64,000 bases of DNA from Candidatus Poribacteria bacterium (GTDB lineage Bacteria > Poribacteria > WGA-4E > PCPOR2b), in the NCBI GenBank assembly GCA_965215015.1, contig OZ244042.1, forward strand, positions 2,336,001 to 2,400,000, in the 5' to 3' direction. The notes beneath the pieces were generated by a model that worked only from the letters and a program-made list of their open reading frames with translations, did no database searches and was not told the origin of the DNA. Position 1 is the stretch's first letter. Each line of letters starts with the position of its first letter. The position numbers and the translations under genes are program-made. Positions 31,129 through 42,376 of the stretch are shown in pieces.

Positions 31129-32286
31129 TTATCCGCTGATTGTTTCAATTTCAATTCCGGGGGCACTCAATACCTGTGGCTTGAGATCGACGCCAAGCCC
31201 AGGACCCTCCGGCGCGGTCAGATGGCCTTCCTTGACCGGGATCAGCCCTGTTACGAGGTTATCGTATTGGACGAGATAGTGACGACGGACGCTTTCAAGT
31301 ATGAATAGGTTCGTGAGGTGGGTTGTCAGGTGAATTGAAGCAGTATGCAGGACGGGCCCCCCGCAGTTGTGTGGTGCGATGGGCAGGTAATAGGTATCAG
31401 CGAGCACCGCAATTTTTCGAGCCTCTGTTATGCCGCCACACCAACAGATGTCGGGCATAATAAACTGTGGGATTCCAAGTTCTATCAGCTCTCGGAATTG
31501 GTAGCGCGTCATCAGACGTTCGCTGATACAGAGCGGTTGGGAAACGTGGTCGGCAAGCATAGCATAGGACTTCATGTTATCTTGCGGCATCATCTCCTCT
31601 AACCACATCACGTTATACGGTTCAAGTGCGTGGGCAATCTTGATCGCCGAGGGAACATTCCATAAGCCGTGAAACTCTAGGACAATCTCAATGTCATCGC
31701 CGACAGCGTCGCGAATCTGTTGGATAGGTCGTAACCCAATTGCCATATCTGTATTTGTGATAAATTGTCCGCGATTTTTGTGACCTACGCCATCAAAGGG
31801 CCACACCTTCATGGCTCCGATGCCACTTTCTAGGAGTTCCTTTGCCAGTTTCGCCGCTTCGCTGTTTTCGACGTTGTTGAAATCGTAGCGATGGTCATAG
31901 CAGGTATTGTATGTGCCGACCCTATCGCGAGATTTTCCACCGAGTAGTTGATAGATTGGCTGCCCGGTGGCTTTCCCGTAGATGTCCCACAGTGCGATAT
32001 CGATTGCACTAATTGCCCGCAACTCTGCGCCCGCCCAACCGTGCCAGCCAATTCCATGGAACATCTCTCGCCACAGTCTTTCAATCTCCAGCGGATTTTG
32101 TCCAATCAGCATTGATGCGAACCTTCCACGGATAACACCGCGTTCTGCCTCACCGAGTGGATAGGTTTCACCGAGTCCTGTGATGCCTGCGTCGGTATGA
32201 ATGCGGACCCAGATACACGGGACATGCTCACCCTCGATAAGTGCACCTTCCTGCGGGTAAATCATTTCAATCTTTGTAATTTTCAC
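31129..32286 (-). CDS. mandelate racemase/muconate lactonizing enzyme family protein
   Basis: ISAIDIALWDIYGK, MKVW, EFHG, WLEE, GGITEARKIA, PGLG. Confidence 0.9.
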   Translation of the reverse strand: MKITKIEMIYPQEGALIEGEHVPCIWVRIHTDAGITGLGETYPLGEAERGVIRGRFASMLIGQNPLEIERLWREMFHGIGWHGWAGAELRAISAIDIALWDIYGKATGQPIYQLLGGKSRDRVGTYNTCYDHRYDFNNVENSEAAKLAKELLESGIGAMKVWPFDGVGHKNRGQFITNTDMAIGLRPIQQIRDAVGDDIEIVLEFHGLWNVPSAIKIAHALEPYNVMWLEEMMPQDNMKSYAMLADHVSQPLCISERLMTRYQFRELIELGIPQFIMPDICWCGGITEARKIAVLADTYYLPIAPHNCGGPVLHTASIHLTTHLTNLFILESVRRHYLVQYDNLVTGLIPVKEGHLTAPEGPGLGVDLKPQVLSAPGIEIETISG

Positions 32287-32518
32287 ACTATCTCCGGTTC
32301 AAATTAGTAGGAGAACAAGGGGTGTTCCCTGAAAATATGCCTAAAGAAAATGATGGCTGTGAGTCGCTTCAAACCGTTTAACGCACAATTAGTTTGGGAA
32401 TAAGTAGATATAGACTTATTTAAGCAGATTTTGAATCTCAATGTTATCGAGGACCCCCTACCCCCCTCTAAGCACCCCCTCACTCTCCCCGCAAGCGGGG
32501 GTATTCAGAGAACAGCCT

Positions 32519-33766
32519 CTATCTACTCACTGCGATTAGTTTTTCGATCCGGTTGTCCAGTGCCTGCTGATCGCTTTCAAACGATGCCAGTCCGGCAAGG
32601 TTCAAAAGCGTGTCGATGGCGAGTTCACCCGATTTTATCCGATCTCCCCAGATTTCATGCTTGGGTATTTTACCATCATCTGCGATTTGTGCGAGTTCCT
32701 CCTCGGAGAGTTTGGGGAACAAATCGCCGGCACCCATATCGTGCGCCCGATCCACAATCTCTTCCGCTGTTTGAGGAACAGCCGTTACTAAGCTGTCAGT
32801 CAGTCGACGGTCAGACTCCGAAATCTCCCAGAGCGTATCTATCCGAAGGTCTAATCCGTTGATACCGTCGTTGAGGTGAACCGTATATTCATTTTCGATG
32901 CTCGACTCCCATTCTCCCGAAAGTTCCTGCTTGGCAGCGGCAGCAACATTCACAGGCATGGTGAAGACATCAATTCCAGCCAAATACGGTAGCTGCCCCG
33001 CTGCCCTTAAACTCGCGGCGATTTGGAGCGTCGGTTCCCGATTGTTTTGAGAGAGGTTTTTCACCACACGCTGGCTCGAAAGGACTGCCTTTTCACCTAC
33101 CAGTTTACCGTCGCCCAATTGGTGGTCGGCGATGTAAGAGTTGAGCCTCCCAAGAAACACATTGACATAGGAGGGGGCACCAAAAGCGGTTGCGACGAAG
33201 TTATGCCGTGCACTGAATCCTAACGTGAAATTGACTGGTATTCCATCTTCCCGCAAGCGGCGCATAGCAATCAAGCCGGAGGGCGTCAAAGGTACTTTAA
33301 TAATAAAGTGTTCGGGACAAATCTCATAGTAGCGTTGACCGTAGGATACACTCCGCTCGATATCGTGTGCCAGAATTGTATGAAGTTCCACACTCACCCG
33401 ACCGCCAAAACGTTGCGCTAAACGAAGTCCATGACGGGCATTTAAGATAAACGCAATCTCAATAATCTGCGTTTGAATATCCAGTCCGGTGAGCATGCTG
33501 GCCGCTTTCTGGATTAAGTCATCGTAAATTCCTTTCTGTACTTCGGTGTTGAGCAGCGTGTTATTGGTTGTCAGGGCGGTAAATTCAGCGGCCCATAACG
33601 CTGTGGCGGCTTCAATATCACCGGTATCCAACCAAAGTTCAGAACCAGCCAGACGTAACGCTTTCCAAAACGGATCCGATTCCGTCTCAATACGCTCGCG
33701 CTGTAAATCAATTCCTTCCTGCACAAAATTGTGAATCAGGTCAATGCGATTTGATGGCAAACCCAT
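32519..33766 (-). CDS. transaldolase family protein
   Basis: LWLDTGD, TTNNTLL, VSVE, IIKVPLT, VNFTLGFS, FLGRL, IAASLR; SD AAGGAG before ATG 33766. Confidence 0.85.
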   Translation of the reverse strand: MGLPSNRIDLIHNFVQEGIDLQRERIETESDPFWKALRLAGSELWLDTGDIEAATALWAAEFTALTTNNTLLNTEVQKGIYDDLIQKAASMLTGLDIQTQIIEIAFILNARHGLRLAQRFGGRVSVELHTILAHDIERSVSYGQRYYEICPEHFIIKVPLTPSGLIAMRRLREDGIPVNFTLGFSARHNFVATAFGAPSYVNVFLGRLNSYIADHQLGDGKLVGEKAVLSSQRVVKNLSQNNREPTLQIAASLRAAGQLPYLAGIDVFTMPVNVAAAAKQELSGEWESSIENEYTVHLNDGINGLDLRIDTLWEISESDRRLTDSLVTAVPQTAEEIVDRAHDMGAGDLFPKLSEEELAQIADDGKIPKHEIWGDRIKSGELAIDTLLNLAGLASFESDQQALDNRIEKLIAVSR

Positions 33767-33807
33767 ACACAAACTCCTTCCAACGAAATATAATTCTCGT
33801 AGTTCCT

Positions 33808-34238
33808 TTGACATACAAGGCTTTTAAGGTCACATCCCCTGTGGAGGCAACAAACTTTAGGCGTGTCCAGAGCTAGGGGAGACGCTTCCGAAACGCGGGT
33901 AACTCTTCACGGAGTGTTTTAGAGATGACCCCTTTGATTTTACCAAATGGTGGTTCCCATGGCTTGCGTGGGGGATGCTCGCCAGAAAAGGAATGAGTTC
34001 AGGCATATATTCAATAGCACAGACAATATATCCATGATGCGCTTGATTCTCTGCGACAATCACTTGGATGCGGTCTTGCATCTCCGGTGAAAGTACAGAA
34101 CGTCAATACTTTTCTGTATTGTACAGAGGGCCTATATCACAATTTTAGTAGTATCTCAAGATGTTTTCATTGATTGCCGTTTGCCAATCTGTATCTCCAC
34201 CTTAAAGGATGGAGATACAGATTGGAAGATTTTGATAA
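33808..34238 (-). mobile_element. tnpA: decayed IS200/IS605 element with tnpA pseudogene, tnpB deleted
   Basis: Left-end hairpin CCAATCTGTATCTCCA...TGGAGATACAGATTGG similar to the 24956 left end; KY*RSVLSPEMQDRIQVIVAE...AIEYMPE...KGSS...WT..KFVASTG remnants; ends GTATGTCAA. Confidence 0.7.
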
Positions 34239-34332
34239 TCTACAGCAACGATTGTTCTAGCAATCTGGCTTGCAAACGCCTTAATCAATAAGGATTGCGT
34301 AGGGACGCAGATTTGTGTTCTCTACTATCCGT

Positions 34333-35466
34333 CTAAAATCTAGGAATCTGCAGGCTGCCGCTGCTCAATGCTTCAAACAGTTCGTCATACTCCTCTCGAC
34401 TTACCGGCAAGTCAATCGTCTTTTTTTGCATCGCCGAAAGCACGATGGCGTTGATTAGCTCGACCGCGGGCCGCGCGCTCACACCGTTGACCAGTGGCTC
34501 ACCGCCATTGAGAATGGCATTGATAAAGCTGTCCATCAGTATATCGTGTCCGCCGGGTTCATCCCGCAGCTTGACAGGCTGCCATGAAATCTCCGGTTGT
34601 CCAGCGATGCCGCTCGTCCGCCCCACGAGGTCTGTCAACGAATCCTCATAAGTGCCGAGTAGGATGTGGTCTTCCCGATCACTCGCTAGACTCCGCACAT
34701 CCGGAATCGCTATGGTCCCTTTGTCGCCGGCAATCTGACGGATGCTATAACCCCTCGGTTGGTTAATTGTGAGTTGAATCGAGCCGAAGGAGCCGTTTGC
34801 AAACAGCACATTTGCACAGACCACATCTTCCACCTCAATCTGATGGAATTGATTGCCAATCATCGCAGAGACTTGAACCGGTTCGCCAACCAACCAGCAG
34901 ATTAGATCCAGATCATGGCTCGTTTGATTCATCAACACCCCACCGCCGGCATGTCGCCATGTCTGACGCCAGATATCACGGGCATAGTAACTTTCTGGTC
35001 GAAACTCAATCCATGTCCAGAGCACGCGCATGATGTTTCCAATTGCTTCGGTATCAATCAGATGCTTCATCGTCTGAGGGGTTCGATAGGTTCGGTATTG
35101 GTGTCCAACGCAGAGTTTCAAATCGCGGGCTTTCGCCATCTCGATCATCGCGTCTGCGTCCGATACACGGTTGGCAAGCGGTTTCTCGGTGAAAACGTGC
35201 ACCCCCGCGTTCAGGCACTCTAAGCCGATGATAGCGTGCAGATGGTGTGGCGTCGCAATTGATACCCCATCAACAATCCCCGCATCCAGCAGCTCACGAT
35301 AATCGGTGAAGGCACGTACACCGAGCTCTTGCGATTGCGTCTTGACGGAGGTTTCGTCGAGGTCCACCAACGCTGTCAGCTCTACATTTTCATGCTCCTG
35401 AGCCATGCTTACATGCTTGCCGCCGACACCTTTAATCCCAATGACTCCATAGCGTACGCTGTCCAT
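34333..35466 (-). CDS. Gfo/Idh/MocA family oxidoreductase
   Basis: YGVIGIKGVG, IATPHHLH, HVFTEKPLA, GGGVLMNQTSHDLD. Confidence 0.92.
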   Translation of the reverse strand: MDSVRYGVIGIKGVGGKHVSMAQEHENVELTALVDLDETSVKTQSQELGVRAFTDYRELLDAGIVDGVSIATPHHLHAIIGLECLNAGVHVFTEKPLANRVSDADAMIEMAKARDLKLCVGHQYRTYRTPQTMKHLIDTEAIGNIMRVLWTWIEFRPESYYARDIWRQTWRHAGGGVLMNQTSHDLDLICWLVGEPVQVSAMIGNQFHQIEVEDVVCANVLFANGSFGSIQLTINQPRGYSIRQIAGDKGTIAIPDVRSLASDREDHILLGTYEDSLTDLVGRTSGIAGQPEISWQPVKLRDEPGGHDILMDSFINAILNGGEPLVNGVSARPAVELINAIVLSAMQKKTIDLPVSREEYDELFEALSSGSLQIPRF

Positions 35467-35709
35467 TATCCCCTCCCAAAAACAGGCAAATCTATAACAC
35501 GAATCAGCCGAGCCGAACTCATCTCACTGCATTATAGCAAAGCCGAGGGCACTTGTCAATTTTGTTTCTAATGAAATCATAGAAATTCGCTGTACACAAA
35601 CAATTCGCAAGATACTTATTGACGAATTTAGGGGCATTTAGTTCTCTTGTAGGAGGGATTTCCAAATCCCGACGCACCGCTCAGACAGTGGGAAAACCGA
35701 AAACTAAAT

Positions 35710-35940
35710 GAGGGGTGCTCATAATAATTGTCTGAATCGCGGATTCAGCAGATGGCACAGAAACACAGATACAGATATGGGTCGCCGTAGATAGGGCAAG
35801 ATGCCCCACCGACGGGGTTGGAGTTGCTTTCAAGTTATAGTTGGGAGTTTAATGACAGTTGGGTGTTAGCGAAGCAATATGTCGTAATGATTGTGTGGTT
35901 TACGGCACGCGGATCGCGCCTACTACTTTATGCCCCCCTC
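35710..35940 (+). mobile_element. MITE with 8-bp target duplication AACTAAAT
   Basis: GAGGGGTGCTCATAA...TTATGCCCCCCTC flanked by AACTAAAT at 35702-35709 and 35941-35948; inserted in the end of another repeat (35630-35709, similar to 14897-14980). Confidence 0.85.
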
Positions 35941-36118
35941 AACTAAATAACTCTATGACGAATTATTTAGAAATTGACAGAAATTTATCATCCGTGATAA
36001 GATGTACTCATTCAGTGTTCAATCGTTCGATAAACCACCGGCTGTGCCGATTCAAATCGAAGCGGAGGGCTCAGCCGGTGGCAAAGAATCTACGACGCAC
36101 AATTATACGGAGGTTATA

Positions 36119-37234
36119 ATGGCTACAGATACAAGTAATGTGTATACAAGATTAGGTGTACGTCCGCTAATCAATGCTGCGGGGAACCAAACCGTGCGCG
36201 GTGGCTCTACTCCTTCCGCAGCGGTAAGGGAAGCAATGGATGGCGCAGACGTCAATTTCGTGGACATGGAGACGTTTCTCAAGAAGTCCGGAGATTTTAT
36301 TGCTTCATTTTTAGACGTCGAAGCCGCTTACGTCACAGCGGGCTGCTATGCTGCGATGGTGCTGAGTTCTGCGGCAGCCATGACCTATCAGCACCCGGAA
36401 AGAAGGGATCAACTCCCGGATACCACAGGACTGAAAGACGAACTGGTATTCCAGAAGAGTCAGCGGTACGGTTATGATAGGGCTTACAGCGTGCCCGGAA
36501 GCAAGCTAGTACTTGTAGGAGACGAAGCAGGATGTACATCAGAGGAGTTTGAGAACGCTATCGGTCCCAATACCGCCGCAATTATCTACCTCGTTCAGGC
36601 TGAAGCGAACAGCGGTGTGTCTCTTGAGGAAGCGATCGAGATAGCGCGCCGGAACAATGTGCTTGCTATCGCGGATAGCGCAGCGCAAATCTATCCGCTT
36701 GACTACTTCCGACGAAATGCCCGATGCGCCGATCTCGTCTGCTTCGGTGGTAAATACTTCAATGCACCGCACTCCACCGGGTTCGTGTGTGGTAGGAAGG
36801 ATTTAATCGAAGAAGTGATAGCCCACGGCTTTATTGCGCCGCGCCCGCTTGGTCGAGGAATGAAGGTAGATCGGCAGGAGATTGTTGGGCTTTTAACGGC
36901 AATCGAGAATTGGTTCTCAATGGACCACGAGCAACGCTCAAAAGACCAAGACGCTCGATACGCCGAAATTTCGCAGGCACTTGAGGATATCCCCGGCGTA
37001 TCAACAGAAATCATCTATGCCGAGAAAAGCCACACATTGTCCAATCTCCATGTCACTGTTGACGAAGCAACCGTCGGTCAGAACGCAGAGCAGGTGAATG
37101 ATGCGCTAGATGCCGGCACACCTCGCATTAGGGCGTCCACCGGTGGTGATGATGTGGTTATTAATGCTTACACTCTCCGTGAAGGCGAGGAGCGTATTGT
37201 TGCTAATCGTTTGAGGGAGGTGCTCGCCGGATAG
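36119..37234 (+). CDS. SelA/DgaE-like PLP-dependent enzyme
   Basis: LGVRPLINAAG..T..GGS, DSAAQ, FGGKY, GRGMKVDRQEIVGL; SD GGAGG before ATG 36119; TTGACA-N18-TAAGAT upstream. Confidence 0.85.
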   Translation: MATDTSNVYTRLGVRPLINAAGNQTVRGGSTPSAAVREAMDGADVNFVDMETFLKKSGDFIASFLDVEAAYVTAGCYAAMVLSSAAAMTYQHPERRDQLPDTTGLKDELVFQKSQRYGYDRAYSVPGSKLVLVGDEAGCTSEEFENAIGPNTAAIIYLVQAEANSGVSLEEAIEIARRNNVLAIADSAAQIYPLDYFRRNARCADLVCFGGKYFNAPHSTGFVCGRKDLIEEVIAHGFIAPRPLGRGMKVDRQEIVGLLTAIENWFSMDHEQRSKDQDARYAEISQALEDIPGVSTEIIYAEKSHTLSNLHVTVDEATVGQNAEQVNDALDAGTPRIRASTGGDDVVINAYTLREGEERIVANRLREVLAG

Positions 37235-37694
37235 CGGCTTTAAAAGGACATGAGGAAAGTTCTCATTCTGCGCGTCGCCGTGTTGGGTAGGGAACACGCC
37301 GACAAGAATGAAAAAGGTGGACGAGCATAAAGCCCCGCTCCGACAAAGGATAGGAGTTACGCACTTGAGTTTGTCATAACGCAATTCAACCCGCGTCACC
37401 ATAGACGATAAATCCCCGACAGTAGTAGGTATACTCCGTATGCCGTTCCCCCCACTAAATACCCGGCGGGTTGTCCGTCAATTCCTGGCTCATTGAGCTT
37501 GTTTCCCCTCGCTTGCGGGGGCTAGGGGCGGCTGATACCGTGTGGGTATTCGGAATTAGAGGGGGGGATGGCACGCGGAGCGTGCCGACTACCGTCGGGG
37601 ATTTATTGTCGCCGCCCGATTCATCGGGCGTTGAGAGGCATGTTCACCGGCGATGGATCACCGATGTTATACGTCGCTCTTTGCGGTTACCGGT

Positions 37695-38012
37695 TCACTT
37701 TTCTAATAACCACTGAAGTTGCCTGCGTTCTTCGGGACTAAGGCGGGATGTGATTTCATCAACACTAAAGCGAGACAGAATTTCATCACCGATGTCCTCA
37801 ATGATGATATCTAAGGCTTCTTTGGATAGATCGCTTTTGAAAGGCATATCAACCTCCCGTATAATCTCAGATCTGAGATTATACGCGAAGGTTATGACCG
37901 GATTATAATCGCTATCATTTCGGTCAATCGCGTCGCGTAAGAATTCCTCAAACTTCTGCTTTGATTGGGTAAATCGAAGGGCCATTATCCGCTTGAAGAT
38001 GAAATCCGGCAT
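37695..38012 (-). pseudogene. C-terminal fragment of an Rpn-like protein (paralog of 2527-3390); 50-aa internal ORF 37695-37847
   Basis: LRFTQSKQKFEEFLRDAI...REVDMP...LSPEERRQL parallels LLFAASKEKFRLFILRLI...KEVLRMA...TLEERL; SD GGAGGT before ATG 37847. Confidence 0.6.
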
Positions 38013-38185
38013 ATAACGTTGTATATCATTGTTTGGGGACCAGCCACAGAGTTTACCTCAAGAATAGCGCAGGGACTATATGCTACTCATATTCTGCTAT
38101 TGTGTCAAGTCGTAATTGTGCGTAAATCAGGTCATTTCGTTTTCGCTGGTACTCGCTCGGGTAAATAGGCCGAACGCTGTAATCT

Positions 38186-39313
38186 TTACAGGACAGCCGC
38201 TTCATCTACACTGAACCGGTCTTGCTGTGAATCAAGGGACGCTTGAATACCGATGGGAAGCGTCAGTTGAGGTGCTGTATGACCAAAATCTACCCCTGTC
38301 AAGATGGGGAATTGGGAGCCTGCTGTGTATTCAAGGATCAACGATTCAAAGAGCCTTTCCTCCTCCTCAGAAAGTTCATTAACCTTACCGATAACTAAGC
38401 CTACAATCTGATCGAACAGTCCCATCTGTTGACACTGGGCGAGCGATTCGTCAATTTTGCTCAGTAGTAGGCCATCGCCGAAGTTGACCTGCTCAAGGCA
38501 TAAGAGCGCGCCCCGCAACGGAGCCCAATATGGCGTACCGACCAGAGTCAACATCGCATCTAAATGGCCTCCGATTAATTGACCGCTTGCTTTGCCCTTT
38601 CTTAACCAATGCCAGCCCGGATTCGTTTGCATTGTGCGTGGCTGTTCCTCGCTCGGATAGGCGTCCGTCCATTGTGCGGGCGGTTTAAGTATACCTACCG
38701 GTTCTGCCCTGAACAACATCTGTTCGACACCCTGCCATGTATAAGGGAAGGGCCGCGGATATTCGCTGAAACCGTTGAGAATCATCGGCCCGTGAAACGC
38801 AACCAGACCTACCTTTGCGTATAGACCAATCAACAGGGCAGTAATCGCACTATAACCCATCACAACTTTGGGGGACTGCTCAATCTGTTCCCAATCCAGC
38901 AGCGGTAAAACCGCATTGACGCCCGAACCACCGGATAAACAGAAAATAGCTTTTATCTTTGGGTCAGCGAACATCTGATTTAAATCTTCGGCTCGATGTT
39001 GAGCCGGTGGGTTCAGGTGTTGCCGTTGGTCAAGCGCGTGTGGTGCGACCTGAACGTGTAACCCTGCCTTCTCTAAGTATGAAACTCCCCGTTGAAAAGC
39101 AGGCTCGTTAATTGTGAAAAATGCCGAGGCCGGCGATACAATGCCTACAGTGTCTTGGGGTGCCAGTTTTGGTGGTTTAATTGGTTTATGCATCTCGTTG
39201 ATTGAAGTTGAGCCATCAGCGCGTTTCGCCATTGATGGACGGTTCATGGAGATGCCAGCTCCCGCAAGGAGTAGGGGGACCTTCAGGGCCTCACGTCTAT
39301 TGATTTTATTCAC
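38186..39313 (-). CDS. S66 LD-carboxypeptidase (MccF-like) with Tat-like signal
   Basis: INRREALK, GIVSPAS, RAEDLNQMFADP, MGYSAIT, FHGP, DFGHTAP; GTG start inferred. Confidence 0.85.
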   Translation of the reverse strand: MNKINRREALKVPLLLAGAGISMNRPSMAKRADGSTSINEMHKPIKPPKLAPQDTVGIVSPASAFFTINEPAFQRGVSYLEKAGLHVQVAPHALDQRQHLNPPAQHRAEDLNQMFADPKIKAIFCLSGGSGVNAVLPLLDWEQIEQSPKVVMGYSAITALLIGLYAKVGLVAFHGPMILNGFSEYPRPFPYTWQGVEQMLFRAEPVGILKPPAQWTDAYPSEEQPRTMQTNPGWHWLRKGKASGQLIGGHLDAMLTLVGTPYWAPLRGALLCLEQVNFGDGLLLSKIDESLAQCQQMGLFDQIVGLVIGKVNELSEEEERLFESLILEYTAGSQFPILTGVDFGHTAPQLTLPIGIQASLDSQQDRFSVDEAAVL

Positions 39314-39413
39314 AATTATGTTCCTTGTAGGGTATCGACCTGATTCATGCTTAACTGGCAAGGCAGCAATGGGAAATGGAATCTAGAAATTCGCATTTGT
39401 TGATTCGCCAATC

Positions 39414-41873
39414 TCACTGATTCCGTTTCCCCGGCGTCCCGCCTAATGATTTAAAGTCGCCGGTGCCATTGGGCACTCGACCGAACGCGATGTCTTCCTG
39501 CTGTGCCCTAAATTTGATCACGTCAAGTACCTGATTCCCCCGTTGGTCAATGTCGATGAGCATGACCATCTCCCCATTCTTAGAGAGCTTGAAGTTAGCA
39601 TGGAGTCCCGACTCGGCCTTGCCATCTTCGTCTGCCCAAACAATCAGATAACCGCCGGGGGCAATCTGGGTGTCGTCGGGAAACTGCCACTTGCGCGGAT
39701 TGTTCTGGCTATCGCTGAGATACATCCCTGAAAGATTAACCGCATAATCACTCACGTTGTGGAGTTCGATCCAATCGTCGTTTTCGCCTTCAGGGTCGAC
39801 GTGACTTTTCGTATTACTCGCCATCAACTCATTAATAACGACCGGAGAACTATCGGCGATAGATGCAGTGACGTGGTAAGTCAACGGCGTAAATTCGGTT
39901 TGGGCTGGGAAAAACGTCGTTGCGCCGCCCGATCCAGCAGAGCGAGCTTCGACATAGTAATGGATTTTCTTTCCAGCAGGAAAAGCAGGAATCTCACCCA
40001 CGTAGACCGCGCCATCTTTTGACATCGGGATGCTCAGGAAGGGTGCCAATCGTCCAGACGCGTAATACAAGATGACCGCATCGACTCTGACATCTCCACC
40101 AATCTCGGTTGTGATCCGTACAGGCTGGTTCGCTGTCGGTGCTTTGGGCTGCTTGGAGACAGAGGCAATGGTTGGTATTGACTTGTTGATTTCGGGATGC
40201 TTGAGCAGATATTCTGCGCGCTCCTCGACAAAACGTTTGAAACTCGGTGTGGCTCTCCGTCCCCTGCCCCCCCGCCTATCACCCCGACCTCCCTCACCGC
40301 CTTGGTCCTTGATGTGACTGGTCGCGAATGCCTCATAAGCATAAAGTTTCTTATCGTCCGCCTTCACTTCAGTGTCAACAAGTGATTGATATTCTGTGAT
40401 AACTGGATGGAGCAAATCCCAATCGAGCCATTCGTTGACAATAGTGCGGATGTGAGCCAAATACCGGGCGCGTAGATGTGGAATGGCAAGTAGACGCCTG
40501 ATGACGGGGCGCATCATATCGTCTTCCTGCGAAACAGGGGATAGCATCTGCCCATCGATCTGCCAAGAGTTCGGACCACCGCCACCGGCAAATCGAAATG
40601 TCTCGTTACTGTCATGTGGCAGCAGATGGAAGCGACCCATCGGGTCCTGATAGAGAGCGTAATCGCTGGCGCGACTGATATAGCCGTCGTTATCTATGAA
40701 TACATTTTCCAGTGCGAGGAACCAAAGTGCCCGATCAATGTTGAAAACCGTAGAAAGCGCAGATTCGAGTTGGTCATCGGGCGTTCTTTCAAAAACTTTG
40801 CACAGGTTAATCAGATCCTGCCAAGCGTTTGGTGCCTCCTCCACTCTCGTTTTGAGTTGGTAGAATTGTTGATAGGCAGAGGGTTGGTCTCCATTATAAA
40901 CTAAGCCGCTGTTGCGTCCGGGTGGTACCTTCCAGCGAACCCCGTCTTTGGTGCCAAACCATTCGTCGAGGAAATCTTTGTTGAATTGTTGGCTGTTGAC
41001 GTAAATCCCCCAGCTTTCCCCGTTGATGACCAGTTTAACGAAGTTCGCTTTCGGGGCAGGGATGTAGTTGGTAGCAATTTTTGAATAGAGAATTTCGCGG
41101 AGGAAGGAGGGATCGGAATGACCGTTTAGCAGATTTAGTGTTTTGTAACCGTAGAGCCGTTGTTTCTCATCTCCGTAGTCAATAGCGATATTGAACGACT
41201 TTTTCTCGTTCTGAACTGTAAAATAGGATGAACTGCCGCGGAATCTGACACCTACGGATCGATAGACCGCTCCATCGACAATTAAATCTGCCGGCACATT
41301 GACATCGGTTCGATAGAAGTCGCCGAGCTGTTCGTACCAGTCCGCATCGTGGAATCGAAGGTAGAGGGTACGGAGGGTGTTTGCCTCGTAGAGGTTGGGG
41401 GTGCCGTTAGTCTGGGTGGCGCGGCTCGCTTCCAAATCATCTTCGTGCATTGTATGAGGCGATGTGCTTCCAGATGGGCGTGACGCACCGGTCACGCCTC
41501 GGTTTTCGTGGATGTAGTTGCGAGCGGCTTCCCGCTCTACATCGTTTAACCTACCATCCTTGTCTGTATCAAAACGGTTGACAATCTTCTCCGCCCGGCG
41601 CGGTCCACGTCCACTACCGAAACGACCTCGCTCGCTGCCACCGTGTTCTTCCCGGATTTCCTGTTCGGTGAATTGTACTCCTGTGAAGACTTCGAGAGCG
41701 ATTATTTCAATCATAATTGCTTTTTCGGCTTCACTCAATTGACCGTTGCTATTTAGATCAAATCGCTTCTCTTCTTTTAAAAGCGTATCTTGTGCTGAGG
41801 TGCTTACGGCAATTGACATCAAAAAGGTAAGCAATATTCCCAAAAGATTGGTGATGATATATTTACGTCTCAT
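39414..41873 (-). CDS. CotH kinase family protein with EF-hands and lamin-tail domain
   Basis: Signal peptide, DLNSNGQLS and DTDKDGRLN EF-hand loops, VGVRFRGSSS, KKSFNI, DPSFLRE, PHDSNETF, VVINELMASN...DWIELHN. Confidence 0.88.
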   Translation of the reverse strand: MRRKYIITNLLGILLTFLMSIAVSTSAQDTLLKEEKRFDLNSNGQLSEAEKAIMIEIIALEVFTGVQFTEQEIREEHGGSERGRFGSGRGPRRAEKIVNRFDTDKDGRLNDVEREAARNYIHENRGVTGASRPSGSTSPHTMHEDDLEASRATQTNGTPNLYEANTLRTLYLRFHDADWYEQLGDFYRTDVNVPADLIVDGAVYRSVGVRFRGSSSYFTVQNEKKSFNIAIDYGDEKQRLYGYKTLNLLNGHSDPSFLREILYSKIATNYIPAPKANFVKLVINGESWGIYVNSQQFNKDFLDEWFGTKDGVRWKVPPGRNSGLVYNGDQPSAYQQFYQLKTRVEEAPNAWQDLINLCKVFERTPDDQLESALSTVFNIDRALWFLALENVFIDNDGYISRASDYALYQDPMGRFHLLPHDSNETFRFAGGGGPNSWQIDGQMLSPVSQEDDMMRPVIRRLLAIPHLRARYLAHIRTIVNEWLDWDLLHPVITEYQSLVDTEVKADDKKLYAYEAFATSHIKDQGGEGGRGDRRGGRGRRATPSFKRFVEERAEYLLKHPEINKSIPTIASVSKQPKAPTANQPVRITTEIGGDVRVDAVILYYASGRLAPFLSIPMSKDGAVYVGEIPAFPAGKKIHYYVEARSAGSGGATTFFPAQTEFTPLTYHVTASIADSSPVVINELMASNTKSHVDPEGENDDWIELHNVSDYAVNLSGMYLSDSQNNPRKWQFPDDTQIAPGGYLIVWADEDGKAESGLHANFKLSKNGEMVMLIDIDQRGNQVLDVIKFRAQQEDIAFGRVPNGTGDFKSLGGTPGKRNQ

Positions 41874-42023
41874 GTTTTCCTCCTCGCGGGACGTTTTCAG
41901 TTTAAGTTTTCACAATATGTGCTTCTACCGGTATTAGGCAGGCAGCAGTAGCATTTGTTCGGAAAAATAACTTTTTGGAAGAACTAGACTGAAAATTTTA
42001 CTGCTTGCACCTTTGAATTATTT

Positions 42024-42265
42024 GAGGGGTGCTCATAATAATTGTCTGAATCACGGCTGCAGCAGATACAGCAAATTACACGGATACAGAGAGGGGCCTC
42101 AGACCGGAGATGAAGCAAAATGCCCTACCTACGAGGGTGGGGACATTTTGTTTTTTCCAATGAGGGGTGGGGGAATGGCAGTTGGGTGTTAGCGAAACCA
42201 TATGCCGTAACGGTTGTGTGGTTTACGGCAAGCGGAGCGTGCCTACTACTTTATGAGCCCCTCTG
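42024..42265 (+). mobile_element. MITE copy
   Basis: GAGGGGTGCTCATAA...TTATGAGCCCCTCTG; flanks AATTATTT/AATTAATT (7 of 8). Confidence 0.82.
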
Positions 42266-42376
42266 AATTAATTAAAATGCCCCTATATCAATTCAAATCG
42301 AATCGATATAGGGGCAGGCACCAATCTTCGCAATGAACATAACCTTCCCTGATTTCCTATCAGAGTCTAGAGGCAA

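Noticed and set aside
33767-33814. Longer transaldolase start at 33814
   Set aside because: That ATG lies in the IS right end; the SD supports 33766
36119-37234. True selenocysteine synthase selA
   Set aside because: About 370 aa, lacks the SelA N-terminal domain and selB context; fits DgaE-like paralogs
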